Shown one piece after another: positions 30,393 to 41,200 of a DNA stretch of 64,000 nucleotides. The translations under genes were made by a program, and so were the position numbers. Under the pieces are notes generated by a model, which was given only the letters and a program-made list of their open reading frames with translations, was not told the origin of the DNA and made no database searches. Source of the DNA: a virus; IMG/VR virus record IMGVR_UViG_3300024319_000003, positions 103,697 through 167,696 of that record. The stretch is one strand, 5' to 3'. Numbering within the stretch: position 1 is the stretch's first letter; every line of letters begins with the position of its first letter.

Positions 30393-32147
30393 ATGGCAGA
30401 AAAAATTATTTCCCCAGGTGTTTTTACAAGAGAAAACGATATTTCATTTGTAACGCCAGCACCAGTCGATGCGAGTTCAGCATTTATAGGACCGACGGTA
30501 AAAGGACCAGTAGAGCAACCAACTATAGTAACTTCATTTAATGAATATAAAGCTATATTCGGCGATATCTTTGTATCAGCATCTGTTAATAAAGAGTTCT
30601 TAACATCATTAGCTATTAAAAACTTCTTCCAACAAGGAGGTAATTCAGCTTTAGTAACAAGAGTCGTTAGTGCATCAGGAACTTGGACAAGTGCAAAATC
30701 AGGAGCAGTTACTGCATCTGCAGCAGCAGAAGTACCATTTGAACTTAAAACGCACGGTCAAGGAGTTATATATAATAACGGTACAGGCGCTGTAGATCAT
30801 GGAGCAGAAATTGCTAATAGCGGCGGTACAATGAAATCTGGATCAGCTGACAACATAAGATGGGAAGTATCAGCTAAAGATAATGAAGCTGGAACATTTA
30901 CTTTATCGATAAGACGAGGAAATGATAACCACTCTAATAAAGTAATTTTAGAGCAGTATAATAATGTATCATTAGATCCTAATAGTGATAACTACATTGA
31001 AAAAAGAATTGGAAATCAAGTAACAACTGTTGTTACAGATGGTACACAGAAATACGTACAATCTTCTGGTAACTATGTAAATAAATCTAGATATGTTTAT
31101 GTTTCTGCAGTAGCAGGAGCAACTATCAATTATTTAGCAGCAGATGGCTTCACAGTTAACTCGAAAGGAACAACTTCATATTCAGCATCTTTACCACTAG
31201 AAACATCAGGATCGTTTTATAACGGTGCTGGAAACATCGTTAAAGCAGCTATGACATTTAACGAAGCAATATCCAATACTGATACACAGGGATTAGTAGC
31301 AGCAGATTACGAAACTGCGATAAACGTATTACAAAATAGAGACGAATACGTAATTAACGTATTATCAGCACCCGGTTTACTATATCAAAATGCAACTCAT
31401 GCTACAGTGTTAGATTCACTTATGTCAGCAGCACAATTTAGAAGTGATTGTATAGCGATAGTAGATTTAGCTAATCACGGCTCAACTACAGCAAATTTAG
31501 TAACTCAAGCTAAAAAAGTAAACAGTTCATATTCAGCAGCATACTGGCCATGGGTACAGTTAAGCGGAGGAGCAGGATTGCAATGGGCACCAGCTTCTTG
31601 TACAGTACCTGGAGTTTATGCTTTTAATGATAGCGCAGCAGCACCTTGGTTTGCCCCAGCAGGTTTAGTAAGAGGTGGTATAACAGGAGTAATACAAGCA
31701 GAACAAAAACTAAGCAGAAATCAGAGAGATATATTATATGCTGCAAAAGTAAATCCAATCGCTACTTTCCCTGGACAAGGTATAGCAGTATTTGGACAAA
31801 AAACTTTACAGACAAAAGCTTCAGCATTAGACAGAGTAAATGTTAGAAGATTATTAATAGCTCTTAAGAAGTTCTTAGGAGATCAAGCAACAAACTTAGT
31901 ATTTGAACAAAATACGATTGCAACAAGAAATAAATTCTTAGCAAACGTTAATCCTTACTTAGAATCAGTGGTACAGAGACAAGGTCTTTATGCTTACAGA
32001 GTAGTAATGGATGAATCAAATAACACAGCAGATGTAGTAGATAGAAATCAATTAATAGGTCAAGTATTTATTCAGCCAGCAAAAACAGCAGAATTTATAG
32101 TACTAGACTTTACAATTGAGCCAACTGGAGCAACATTTGTACAATAA
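30393..32147 (+). CDS. Contractile tail sheath protein (T4 gp18-like)
   Basis: SPGVFTREND N-terminus; PWFAPAG, NPI, GQKTL, RVNVRRL, FEQN and PAKTAEFI motifs. Confidence 0.97.
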   Translation: MAEKIISPGVFTRENDISFVTPAPVDASSAFIGPTVKGPVEQPTIVTSFNEYKAIFGDIFVSASVNKEFLTSLAIKNFFQQGGNSALVTRVVSASGTWTSAKSGAVTASAAAEVPFELKTHGQGVIYNNGTGAVDHGAEIANSGGTMKSGSADNIRWEVSAKDNEAGTFTLSIRRGNDNHSNKVILEQYNNVSLDPNSDNYIEKRIGNQVTTVVTDGTQKYVQSSGNYVNKSRYVYVSAVAGATINYLAADGFTVNSKGTTSYSASLPLETSGSFYNGAGNIVKAAMTFNEAISNTDTQGLVAADYETAINVLQNRDEYVINVLSAPGLLYQNATHATVLDSLMSAAQFRSDCIAIVDLANHGSTTANLVTQAKKVNSSYSAAYWPWVQLSGGAGLQWAPASCTVPGVYAFNDSAAAPWFAPAGLVRGGITGVIQAEQKLSRNQRDILYAAKVNPIATFPGQGIAVFGQKTLQTKASALDRVNVRRLLIALKKFLGDQATNLVFEQNTIATRNKFLANVNPYLESVVQRQGLYAYRVVMDESNNTADVVDRNQLIGQVFIQPAKTAEFIVLDFTIEPTGATFVQ

Positions 32148-32184
32148 TTAAAAATAACCATATTTATAATAAAGTAAATACAAC

Positions 32185-32670
32185 ATGGCAGTATTAGACA
32201 CATCAGAAGTAATGTTTAAAGCCTTTGAACCAAAGGTACAAAACAGATTTGTAATGTATATCGATAACATTCCATCTTTCATGGTAAAGAATGTTAAAGC
32301 ACCTACCTTTACGGATAACATTATAAAACTAGACCACATTAACTCTTATAGAAAGATTAGAGGAAAAAGAGAATGGGAAGACATGACCTTCACATTATAC
32401 GATCCAGTAACACCTTCTGGAGCTCAAGCTGTAATGGAGTGGGCAAGATTAGGATACGAATCAGTAACCGGTAGAGCAGGTTATTCTGATATGTATAAAA
32501 AGGATTTGACTTTAAATATTCTAGGTCCTGTAGGAGACGTAGTTGGAGAGTGGATCATCAAAGGAGCTATTTTAACAAATGGAGACTTTGGACAGTATGA
32601 TTGGTCATCTGATGAACCAGTTGAAGTACAGATAACAGTAGCAATGGATTACTGCGTACTAAACTACTAG
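32185..32670 (+). CDS. Tail tube protein (T4 gp19-like)
   Basis: Follows the sheath gene; FEPK..NRF, G..EWEDMTFTLYD, YKKDL, W.IKGA pattern. Confidence 0.93.
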   Translation: MAVLDTSEVMFKAFEPKVQNRFVMYIDNIPSFMVKNVKAPTFTDNIIKLDHINSYRKIRGKREWEDMTFTLYDPVTPSGAQAVMEWARLGYESVTGRAGYSDMYKKDLTLNILGPVGDVVGEWIIKGAILTNGDFGQYDWSSDEPVEVQITVAMDYCVLNY

Positions 32671-32700
32671 AAATTAACTTACATAGAGATTAAAAGAAAG

Positions 32701-32724
32701 ACCCGGAACTTATCCGGGTTTTTT
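32701..32724 (+). terminator. Rho-independent terminator after the tube gene
   Basis: ACCCGGA-ACTTA-TCCGGGT followed by a T run. Confidence 0.85.
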
Positions 32725-32758
32725 GTTGCCTACTAAATTTTTATTTCGTATATTTATA
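32725..32758 (+). promoter_or_regulatory. Composite promoter: GTTG-N20-TATATT overlapping TATTTATA
   Basis: Both recurrent motifs are superimposed directly after the terminator. Confidence 0.65.
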
Positions 32759-32788
32759 TATAGAATAAGTTATAACTAAATAAAATTT

Positions 32789-33535
32789 ATGGAATCAAAG
32801 TTTTCAATCCCAACAGAAGAGATCGAATTACCCTCAAAAGGTCTTTTATACTCACAAGACTCACCACTAGCTTCAGGTAAGTTAGAAATGAAGTACATGA
32901 CTGCTAAAGAAGAAGATATTCTTACAAACAGAAATCTAATTAATAACGGTACAGTAATAGATAAGTTACTTAAATCTCTCATAGTTAATAAAGAAGTAAA
33001 CTATAACGATTTACTTATAGGAGATAAAAATGCTGTAATGATAGCAGCAAGAATACTCTCTTACGGTAAAGACTACGATATTACATATAATGGAGAGAAA
33101 ATCACAGTAGACTTAACAACATTACAGAATATAGAAATTGATGATAAGAAATACTCACAAGGTTCTAATTCTTTCTCATTTGATCTTCCTTCAACAGGTA
33201 ATGCAGTAACATATAAACTTCTAACTCATGGAGATGAAAAATTACTAGAAAGAGAAATAGAAGGACTTAAAAAAATTACTAAAAACTCTTCACCAGAAGT
33301 ATCTACAAGAATGAAATATATCATTACATCTGTAAACGGTATGACAGAGAAAAAAGATATAAGAGATTTTGTAGATAATTACTTACTAGCTAAAGATGCA
33401 AGAGCATTAAGAGCGGATTACGCTAAGAACCAACCCAACGTTAAGATGACATTCTTATACACAGACGAAGACGGCATGCAGGAGGATGTCGATTTGCCCA
33501 TTGGGCTTAGCTTTTTTTGGCCTGACGCAGGCTGA
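32789..33535 (+). CDS. T4 gp26-like baseplate hub/tail assembly chaperone
   Basis: IELPSKG..Y, MTAKEEDIL, LLIGD...AARILSYG pattern; located between tube and tape measure genes. Confidence 0.75.
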   Translation: MESKFSIPTEEIELPSKGLLYSQDSPLASGKLEMKYMTAKEEDILTNRNLINNGTVIDKLLKSLIVNKEVNYNDLLIGDKNAVMIAARILSYGKDYDITYNGEKITVDLTTLQNIEIDDKKYSQGSNSFSFDLPSTGNAVTYKLLTHGDEKLLEREIEGLKKITKNSSPEVSTRMKYIITSVNGMTEKKDIRDFVDNYLLAKDARALRADYAKNQPNVKMTFLYTDEDGMQEDVDLPIGLSFFWPDAG

Positions 33536-33782
33536 TCGTCTAAATATATTCTCACTTCTTCATGAAATAGTTTTCCACGGTAAAGGTGGTTATACCTGGA
33601 ATGAAGTATATAATATGCCAATATGGTTAAGAAAGTTTACTTTTAATAAAATTAAAGAGTTTTATACTAAGGAAAACGAAGAGAATCAAAAGCAGTACGA
33701 TAAAGCAAAAAACCGACAAGTTGCTAAACCTAACATAAAAACTAGATCAAAGCCAACTTATAGTACAAAGGCTTCTAGATAA
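33486..33782 (+). CDS. gp51-like assembly segment, probably reached by frameshift from the upstream gene
   Basis: Overlaps the upstream ORF in the +1 frame across a T7 run. HEIVFHG..GYTWNEVYNMPIWLR resembles gp51/GT-type chaperone extensions. Confidence 0.6.
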   Translation: MSICPLGLAFFGLTQADRLNIFSLLHEIVFHGKGGYTWNEVYNMPIWLRKFTFNKIKEFYTKENEENQKQYDKAKNRQVAKPNIKTRSKPTYSTKASR

Positions 33783-33792
33783 TAGAGGCCTT
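33768..33792 (+). other. Stem-loop over the stop codon before the tape measure gene
   Basis: AAGGCTTCTA-GATAA-TAGAGGCCTT, a 10-bp stem with one G-U pair. Confidence 0.6.
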
Positions 33793-33820
33793 AACTATTT
33801 ATATTATATAACAATACACA

Positions 33821-36223
33821 ATGGCTGACGATAAGAACTTAGACCCGAAAAAAGCAGAAGAGGTAAAGAAAGAAACCGCTGCTGCCGTATCCCAGATTGA
33901 AAGATTTTCAAAAGAAGCAGAAAGAGCAAATCAAGCTTTAGTTGGAATAGCAGGTATGATGCGTAAAACAGCATCTGCCTCTGTAGACTTTGGAGCAGAA
34001 TTAAAAGGAGCAGGCAACTTAACTAAACAGGTAGCAAGTCAAGCAGAAGCATTATCTAAATTTACGAAAGAAGATTTAAAAGATAAGACGAAGACCTCTG
34101 CAATACTAAAAAAACAGAAATTAGTAAAGGGTCAAATACAGGCTATAGAATCTAAAATTGCAGTTCTAAACGAAAAAGCAGCAAACGCAACAGAATCAGA
34201 ATCTAAATTAATATTTAAAATAGTTGAAGGTTTAAATAGTGCAGCCGTAGAAGCAGAAAGTGTTTTAGGTACATTTCAAGAAATAGAAGATATTAATGAT
34301 GATCTAAACAGTAAAACTAGTTGGATAGAATCTATAGCAGAAGTAGCAGGCGATATACCGGTAATTGGTAAATTTTTTAAAGAGTTTGACTCAGCAGCAA
34401 AAGAAGCTAGGAAAGCAGGAGCAGAAGGCGGTAGTGCACTGACAGCAGGAATGGGTGCAGTAGGTAAAGCTGCAGGTAAAATGGCATTAGCGTTTTCTGG
34501 TGCTATCTTTACTAAAGGTATATTTAAAACAAATCAAGATATAACAGACCTTTCTCGTAACTTAAACATAAGTAGAGAAGCTGCTACAGGTTTAGACAAA
34601 AAGTTTCGTGATGCAGGAATATCAATAAAAGGACTATCAGGTGATAACCTAAGAGAAGCTACAATGGCTGTCTCAAACCAATTAGGGATATCAGCAGACT
34701 TAAGTATAGAAACAGCAGCAGCAGCAGGAACAATGGTAAAGAAGTTTGGACTATCTGCGGAACAAGCAGCTAACCTAACTACATTTACTGCAGCAACTGG
34801 AAAGAATTTAAAGCAATTTAATGACAACCTTATAGGTACAGTAACTCTTCAAAATGCTGCAAACGGTACAGCTATTAGATACCAAGATGTAATGAAAGAT
34901 ATATCAGAAGCATCAGCAGCAACAACATTATCAACTTCTAAAATGCCAGGGGGACTAGCAAGAGCAGCAGTTGAAGCAAGAAAACTTGGTTTATCCTTTA
35001 GTAAAATGGAAGGTATAGCAGATAGCTTACTGGACTACGAAAGTTCCATAGCTAATGAGATGGAAGCAGAGTTACTAACTGGCCAACAGTTAAATCTGGA
35101 CGGCGCAAGACAAGCAGCGCTTAGGAATGATTTAGTTGGTATGAGCCAAGAGTTAGCTAAAAACGGTATTACTCAAGCTAAATTCAGCAGTATGAACCGA
35201 ATACAGCAAACTGCAATTGCCAAAGCAATGGGAATGTCCAGAGAAGAAATGGCAGAATCACTGATAAAACAGGAAGCAATTAAAAATTTAAGTTTCGATA
35301 CATCCAAATCTCTTGATGAGAATATCAAAAAGGAAATGGAAGCTATTAAAACTTTAAGAGAGCAAGGAAAAATAAAAGAAGCAAATGCAAGACAACAGAA
35401 ACTTCAAAACGAATTAGGAGAAACAGAAACTTATAGACAGTTAGAAAATAAATCTGCAGCAGAAGCACAAAAAGAAGCAATGCAAGATATGACAGCAGCA
35501 GTTGGAGATCTAGCAAGAGTGTTACAACCAGTAACTGCTATGTTCAGCAGTATATCAACAGTAGCTGGAGAAACATTTGTTTTCATAACTAAGATGGGTT
35601 CAAAAATGAAAGCACTTGGAGTAGTAATGATGGATGCTTTTAAACCTCTGAGTCAGTTAAAAACAATTCCTGAAACGGCAATGAAACTTTTTGGAAGACT
35701 TGGAAAATTTTTAGGAGGATCTTTTATTAAAGCAGGTGCAAAAGGAGGATTTAAATCACTTCTTAAAAAAATACCTGTTTTAGGAGCTTTAGTAGGTCTT
35801 GGATTCGCTGCAAAAAGATTTGCAAACGGAGACTATTTAGGAGCAGGTATGGAATTCTTATCAGGAGTAGCATCTATATTCCCAGGAATAGGAACTGCTG
35901 TTTCTGCCGGTTTAGATGTAGGGTTGATGGCAATGGATGCAGGAGGCGTAACAGGTAATAAGTCTACTAAAGCTAAAAATTCAAGAAGCACATCCCCTTC
36001 TGCTAATAATACTTCAGATGATGGTATTTATATGGATGACTTTACTATTCACGCTAATCCTAAGGACACTATTACAATGGCAGGCGGAACTAAATTAGGA
36101 GGTAATGTAGAAGCACTACTTGAAACATTAATTATGGAAGTTAGAAAAGGCGGAACTATTAATATGGATGGATATAAAGTAGGAGAAGTAATGGGTCTAT
36201 CTGCAAGAGTAGGATTAGAGTAA
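33821..36223 (+). CDS. Tape measure protein
   Basis: Long Ala/Glu/Lys-rich helical protein with Gly-rich hydrophobic C-terminal segment (KKIPVLGALVG); canonical position after the chaperones. Confidence 0.8.
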   Translation: MADDKNLDPKKAEEVKKETAAAVSQIERFSKEAERANQALVGIAGMMRKTASASVDFGAELKGAGNLTKQVASQAEALSKFTKEDLKDKTKTSAILKKQKLVKGQIQAIESKIAVLNEKAANATESESKLIFKIVEGLNSAAVEAESVLGTFQEIEDINDDLNSKTSWIESIAEVAGDIPVIGKFFKEFDSAAKEARKAGAEGGSALTAGMGAVGKAAGKMALAFSGAIFTKGIFKTNQDITDLSRNLNISREAATGLDKKFRDAGISIKGLSGDNLREATMAVSNQLGISADLSIETAAAAGTMVKKFGLSAEQAANLTTFTAATGKNLKQFNDNLIGTVTLQNAANGTAIRYQDVMKDISEASAATTLSTSKMPGGLARAAVEARKLGLSFSKMEGIADSLLDYESSIANEMEAELLTGQQLNLDGARQAALRNDLVGMSQELAKNGITQAKFSSMNRIQQTAIAKAMGMSREEMAESLIKQEAIKNLSFDTSKSLDENIKKEMEAIKTLREQGKIKEANARQQKLQNELGETETYRQLENKSAAEAQKEAMQDMTAAVGDLARVLQPVTAMFSSISTVAGETFVFITKMGSKMKALGVVMMDAFKPLSQLKTIPETAMKLFGRLGKFLGGSFIKAGAKGGFKSLLKKIPVLGALVGLGFAAKRFANGDYLGAGMEFLSGVASIFPGIGTAVSAGLDVGLMAMDAGGVTGNKSTKAKNSRSTSPSANNTSDDGIYMDDFTIHANPKDTITMAGGTKLGGNVEALLETLIMEVRKGGTINMDGYKVGEVMGLSARVGLE

Positions 36224-36259
36224 AGTAAAAAATAACTATTTATAAATAAATAAACAACT

Positions 36260-36469
36260 ATGTCAATCAAAAACACAATTCAAAACTCTCCCCTTGGATT
36301 AGGAGGAGCAGACTTAAGAGCAAACCACACTACGCAGAAATTGCAAGATTTGCTAAATACACCGTACAGCTTAAAAGGTAAAAAACCTGCACAAACATAC
36401 ACAGATGTATTAAAAAGCGCAGACATTGATACTTCTGTAGCAACTGATAATACAGGCAAAAACATTTAA
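36260..36469 (+). CDS. Small hypothetical protein
   Basis: 69 aa ORF preceded by TATTTATA and an A-rich leader. Confidence 0.6.
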   Translation: MSIKNTIQNSPLGLGGADLRANHTTQKLQDLLNTPYSLKGKKPAQTYTDVLKSADIDTSVATDNTGKNI

Positions 36470-36484
36470 TAGAAACCAGATACA

Positions 36485-37912
36485 ATGCCTTTAATTAATT
36501 TACAGACTAATCTTAAGAGTTTAACTTATGGTGAATTTGGTTCAGAATCTCCTTTTATTACTAAGGATATTAATAACCCACCTAATAGGAAAGGACTTAC
36601 TTTAGAAACTGGAGCACGTATAGACGACCTTGCTAGATTTTCAAAATTTTTAATTTCTGGAAAAGGTGTAGCATGGGCGAGTAAACTAGGTGGATTAAAT
36701 GTAATCGAAGAAGGTATAAAAAATAGCGATAGAGGTCTAGGCGGTAGATTGCTCGGCGGTGGCTGGTCTACTATAAAGCAAATTGCTTCTACAACTGCTC
36801 AAATACCTGTTAATGGTACTGGAACACACTTTATTGAAGGCTTTGGGGGTAAAAGAGGATACCTAAAAGGTATACAAGGGCATAAAGTATCAAGAACCCA
36901 AGGTACAATTGACGGTTCTAATAGAGATGTGAGAGATCTTAAACAGTACCTTCCGTTTAATGATAATGCAGATACAGTATTAATAGGGTCTAAAATATTA
37001 AAAAAATACGTTAAGAGAGATAGGTTCGGAAATACACAGAAGTACATGGTCGATCAGTTAAGACCAATGGACATTAATAAACCAGAAACCGATCCTAGGG
37101 GTATAAAGAATGAATTTATTTCAAATACATTTGAACCTGGATTAAACGAATATTCTGCACAGTCAATAGCAATGGGTTCACATACAAGGAATCAAGAAGC
37201 AGCAGCAGTAAATAATAGAAGTGGACAAGGTTTTCATACTTCAACAGCAGAAGATGAACCTTTCAGAGGAGATGCAATAAATATGCGTAGTCCATTTACG
37301 TCCTCAATGGGAGACTTTGTAGAAAATTATAGTAATAATAAGGAAAAGAAGAAATACAAAGGGTACGATTTAATAAAATTCTGTATAGATACAGTAACAC
37401 CTATTAGTGAAGGACCAGATGGACCGCTTATAACAAGACTAGATTTTCGAGCATATTTAGATAGCTTTACAGATAATTTTAATAGTAGTTGGAACGGCAC
37501 ACAGTATATAGGTAGAGCAGAAGAAATGTACAGTTACGGTGGGTTTAGTAGAGATATTAGTTTTGGATTTAAGCTAGTAGCATCAAGTGGTCAAGAGTTA
37601 ATACCGATGTATAAAAAACTCAACGCATTAGTAGGATCAACAGCACCTACATATTTAGGGCAGAACTTTATGCGAGGCACATTTAGCAGAGTAACAATTG
37701 GAGATTACATGAATAATTTACCTGGTTTTATAAAATCAGTAAACCTAACATGGAATACAGATTACACATTTGCATCTCGAGCGGACGACGGTGGGCAACA
37801 ACTACCCACAATCTTAGATGTGCAAATACAGTACCAACCTATACACTCCCAAGCTCCTACCAATGGAAATATCTTCATAGGTAGCAAAAAACTGTTAAAA
37901 CCAGAAGAGTAG
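36485..37912 (+). CDS. Putative baseplate/tube initiator protein (gp48/gp54-like C-terminal domain)
   Basis: FRAYLDSFTDNF...W...YIGRAE..YSY.GFSR.ISFGF pattern; position after the tape measure gene. Confidence 0.6.
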   Translation: MPLINLQTNLKSLTYGEFGSESPFITKDINNPPNRKGLTLETGARIDDLARFSKFLISGKGVAWASKLGGLNVIEEGIKNSDRGLGGRLLGGGWSTIKQIASTTAQIPVNGTGTHFIEGFGGKRGYLKGIQGHKVSRTQGTIDGSNRDVRDLKQYLPFNDNADTVLIGSKILKKYVKRDRFGNTQKYMVDQLRPMDINKPETDPRGIKNEFISNTFEPGLNEYSAQSIAMGSHTRNQEAAAVNNRSGQGFHTSTAEDEPFRGDAINMRSPFTSSMGDFVENYSNNKEKKKYKGYDLIKFCIDTVTPISEGPDGPLITRLDFRAYLDSFTDNFNSSWNGTQYIGRAEEMYSYGGFSRDISFGFKLVASSGQELIPMYKKLNALVGSTAPTYLGQNFMRGTFSRVTIGDYMNNLPGFIKSVNLTWNTDYTFASRADDGGQQLPTILDVQIQYQPIHSQAPTNGNIFIGSKKLLKPEE

Positions 37913-37930
37913 ACAAAAAATTATATAATT

Positions 37931-38233
37931 ATGAATAGATACAAAGGCATTTATGTAGCACCGTCAAACTCTGGAGTAAACTATAGAGTAAATACAATAT
38001 TTCCGACAATAGAACCTCAACAAGATGATTTGTATGTTATTACTACAGGAGGAGATAGATACGATACTTTAGCATCAACATACTATAAGAATTCATCACT
38101 ATGGTGGATAATAGCATCAGCAAACAATAGCAAGAAAGATTCATTAAATGTATTACCCGGTGTACAGATAAGAATACCAATGGATACAACCAATATAATA
38201 CAGCAGTATAAAGAGTTAAACAAAAATAGGTAA
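37931..38233 (+). CDS. LysM-like baseplate protein (gp53/P2 gpX-like)
   Basis: GDRYDTLASTYY....WWIIASAN......G.QIRIP motif. Confidence 0.85.
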   Translation: MNRYKGIYVAPSNSGVNYRVNTIFPTIEPQQDDLYVITTGGDRYDTLASTYYKNSSLWWIIASANNSKKDSLNVLPGVQIRIPMDTTNIIQQYKELNKNR

Positions 38234-41200
38234 TGGCAGATAACTTAAAAGGTAAGCTCCATGGAGTCCCTCTAAACACAGGAGTTCTAAAACAACTTAA
38301 GTATAGAGAGGAATTGCTGAAAAAAACAGAAAAAAATGTAGATGAACTTATGCTCGGTAATAATAGAGGAGCATGGGTGACTTTAACTTCCGGAGTATCT
38401 ATTTTAAGCGACCTTCAACAAGAGAAACAAGAATATATACAACGTTTAAAAAGCAAAGGCTCTCCAGATGATTACAGGTATGCGGAATGGCATGCTCTAG
38501 CAGCAGAAATGGAAGCAGAAATACAGAAAGATGTTGCAGGTTACGGAAATGAGTTTGCCCGTGCAAATGTTCTTTCAGGTGGAGTGCTGTATGGTAGTTT
38601 AGGAGATACAGAAGACCCAAACAAAAAAACCCTTAATTACCAACGTAGGACAGGTATACACTTTAATGCACCTTACAGCCCGTATGGTGTACAGACATCT
38701 TACGAAGACTCTGAAATACTAGGGCTAAGACCAATGCCCGGTATAGTGGATTTTAAATTGGTATCACAGTCAACCTTTGGTACTTTAAGAAAAGCTACTA
38801 TTCAGATAAAAGCCCACTCACCAGAACAGCTCAGTATGTTAGAGCAGTTATACTTTAGACCGGGGTTTACAATGTTACTAGAGTGGGGGAATACTTCTTA
38901 TATAGATAAAGATGGGGATTTATCTAATGGTAGATACTCAGCATCAAAGAAATTTGTACTTGGTAAATATGTAGAAACTGAAGTAAACGATGGAACTGAA
39001 GAAGACCCTGAAATGGTTACGAAAGCTCCTATGCAAATGTTAAAAAGAGACATTAAAGAGCATAGAGAAGAGTCTGGAGGTAATTACGACGGTATGGTAG
39101 GTAAAGTTGTTAACTTTTCTTGGAGTTTAGATAAAGATTTATCATATACAGCAAATTTAACAGTACTTTCAGAAGGAGAAACCATTGATGCAGTTAAAAC
39201 TACATTTGTAGCCCCAAAGGAGGTAGTAGATGCAACAAATTCTTCAGCAAACGAGGATTACTTAGTATCGGTACTTGATTTCTTACGTCGACCAGATAAA
39301 GAAGATGGGCAAACAGTACAAGAATTTTGTGATGAAAAATTCGGTAAAGATGAAGTATATAGACTAGCTAGTACGTTTACAGTAAAACAATCAGGAGAGT
39401 CTACAAAAACTAGACGTAAAAGAAGAAGTTATATATCGCTCTGCGAATTCTTAAAAATATTTAATAAGATAATTTTAGAAGAACAAGACACGGGTAATGT
39501 AGCTGTAAAATTTGATACTAAATTTGATCAAGTGATGTCAACATTTCCAGGACATATAACTAATGATCCAGCAATAGCAATAATGCCATTCAGGGCCGGA
39601 AAACCTTTTAGTACTTCATTTCCTAATGCTGAAGAGTGGAACCTTTATGGTTTTGCTCAGGATAAATTCGGCACCGCTTTTCATAAACCTGTAATCAGTC
39701 CTGAGAATAGAGATAGAATTAGAAGAAAATCTGTAGGTGAACTAGTAACACCAGGCAACAAAGCAGCCCCGTGGGCAACAACAGCAGCAGCAAAACATAC
39801 ACTACCTAGATTATTAAAAATCTCAGGAGAAGATTCAGCAGAAGAATCCCCGTTAAAGATAATGATATCAATCAGTCATTTAATTAGAATACAGAAATCT
39901 TTTGTAGAAAATAGGAATAAAGACTTAGAGATTAAAGCAGTAGTATCACAGTTTTTTAGTAGATTACTGAGTGATTTAAATGCTACTCTAGGCGGTATAA
40001 ATAGACTGGCCCTATACTTTAACGATGATCAATCATCCTGGCACATAGTAGATCAGAACAACTTTGATTTAGGTACACAGAACTTAGATGCCGGTACAAC
40101 AGCAATGCCACCTAAGTTAAACATAGTAGGACTCAAAACAGAAGTATCCAGTCTAAAAATAGAAAGTAAAATATCAAACGAAATGTTCAACATGATGTCT
40201 TCAGCTGCAGCAGCAGGAGGATACAGCACAGACGAATCGATCGAAGGATTTTTACAGTATAATAAGAACCTACGTGATAGGTACTCTCCATACGCCCCTA
40301 CAGCACCAGAGACAAATGTACCTTCGATAAGAGATAATTACTTTGCTTCATGTACAGAAGAAACCTTTAAGTCTTTATCAAAACCTTGGCATAACTTAGT
40401 TGTTAATGGTATATATAGTAAAGAAGACTATGAAGATAATAAAGAGCTACACAGAAAGTATATGGTAGCAATGTTTGCAATGAAGGAACAAAAACTACGA
40501 GAAGAACAAGTACCACGTCCTTTTGGTGGAGCATTGCCTATTTCATTAAGTCTAACAATGAGAGGTGTAGCGGGAATGAAAGTTGGAGAAGCATTCACAA
40601 TAAATGAAGAAATACTTCCATCGCGTAACAGAGGAAGAATAGCCTTTACAATTGTAGGTATAGACCACAGTATAAATTTAGATAATAACTGGGTAACAAG
40701 CTTAAACACATTAATGTACAACCTACCCGGTGTTGCAGACCCTATACCAGAAGAAGATAACTACGAAGGAGATAAAGTAGAAGAGGGAGATCCAGCAGAA
40801 CCAGTACCAACCAAAGATACTCCTAATGCAAACAGACTTAGAGCAGCTTTAGCAGATTTAGGTTATTTAGAAAAACAAATACCAGAATACTCTGTAGGAG
40901 AACTTACAAGTGCTATTGATCGAGAAAAACTAAAAGATGGATCACCAGGACCAGACATTTCGTCGGATATGGCAGATGCAGCAATATCACTATTTAATAC
41001 GTTAAAATCTGAACTACCATCGCTTTCTATAAACACAACAGGAGGAAACGATCACTATCATCATAGCGACGCATTAGACTATACAAGTAGACATGTTATG
41101 GGTAACGCAATTGATTTTAAATTTACTCCCTACACTGTAAAAAACTATCACAAAGTTAGAGATATACTTTACGGGTATGCCCTTGGTACCGATGGAGAAG

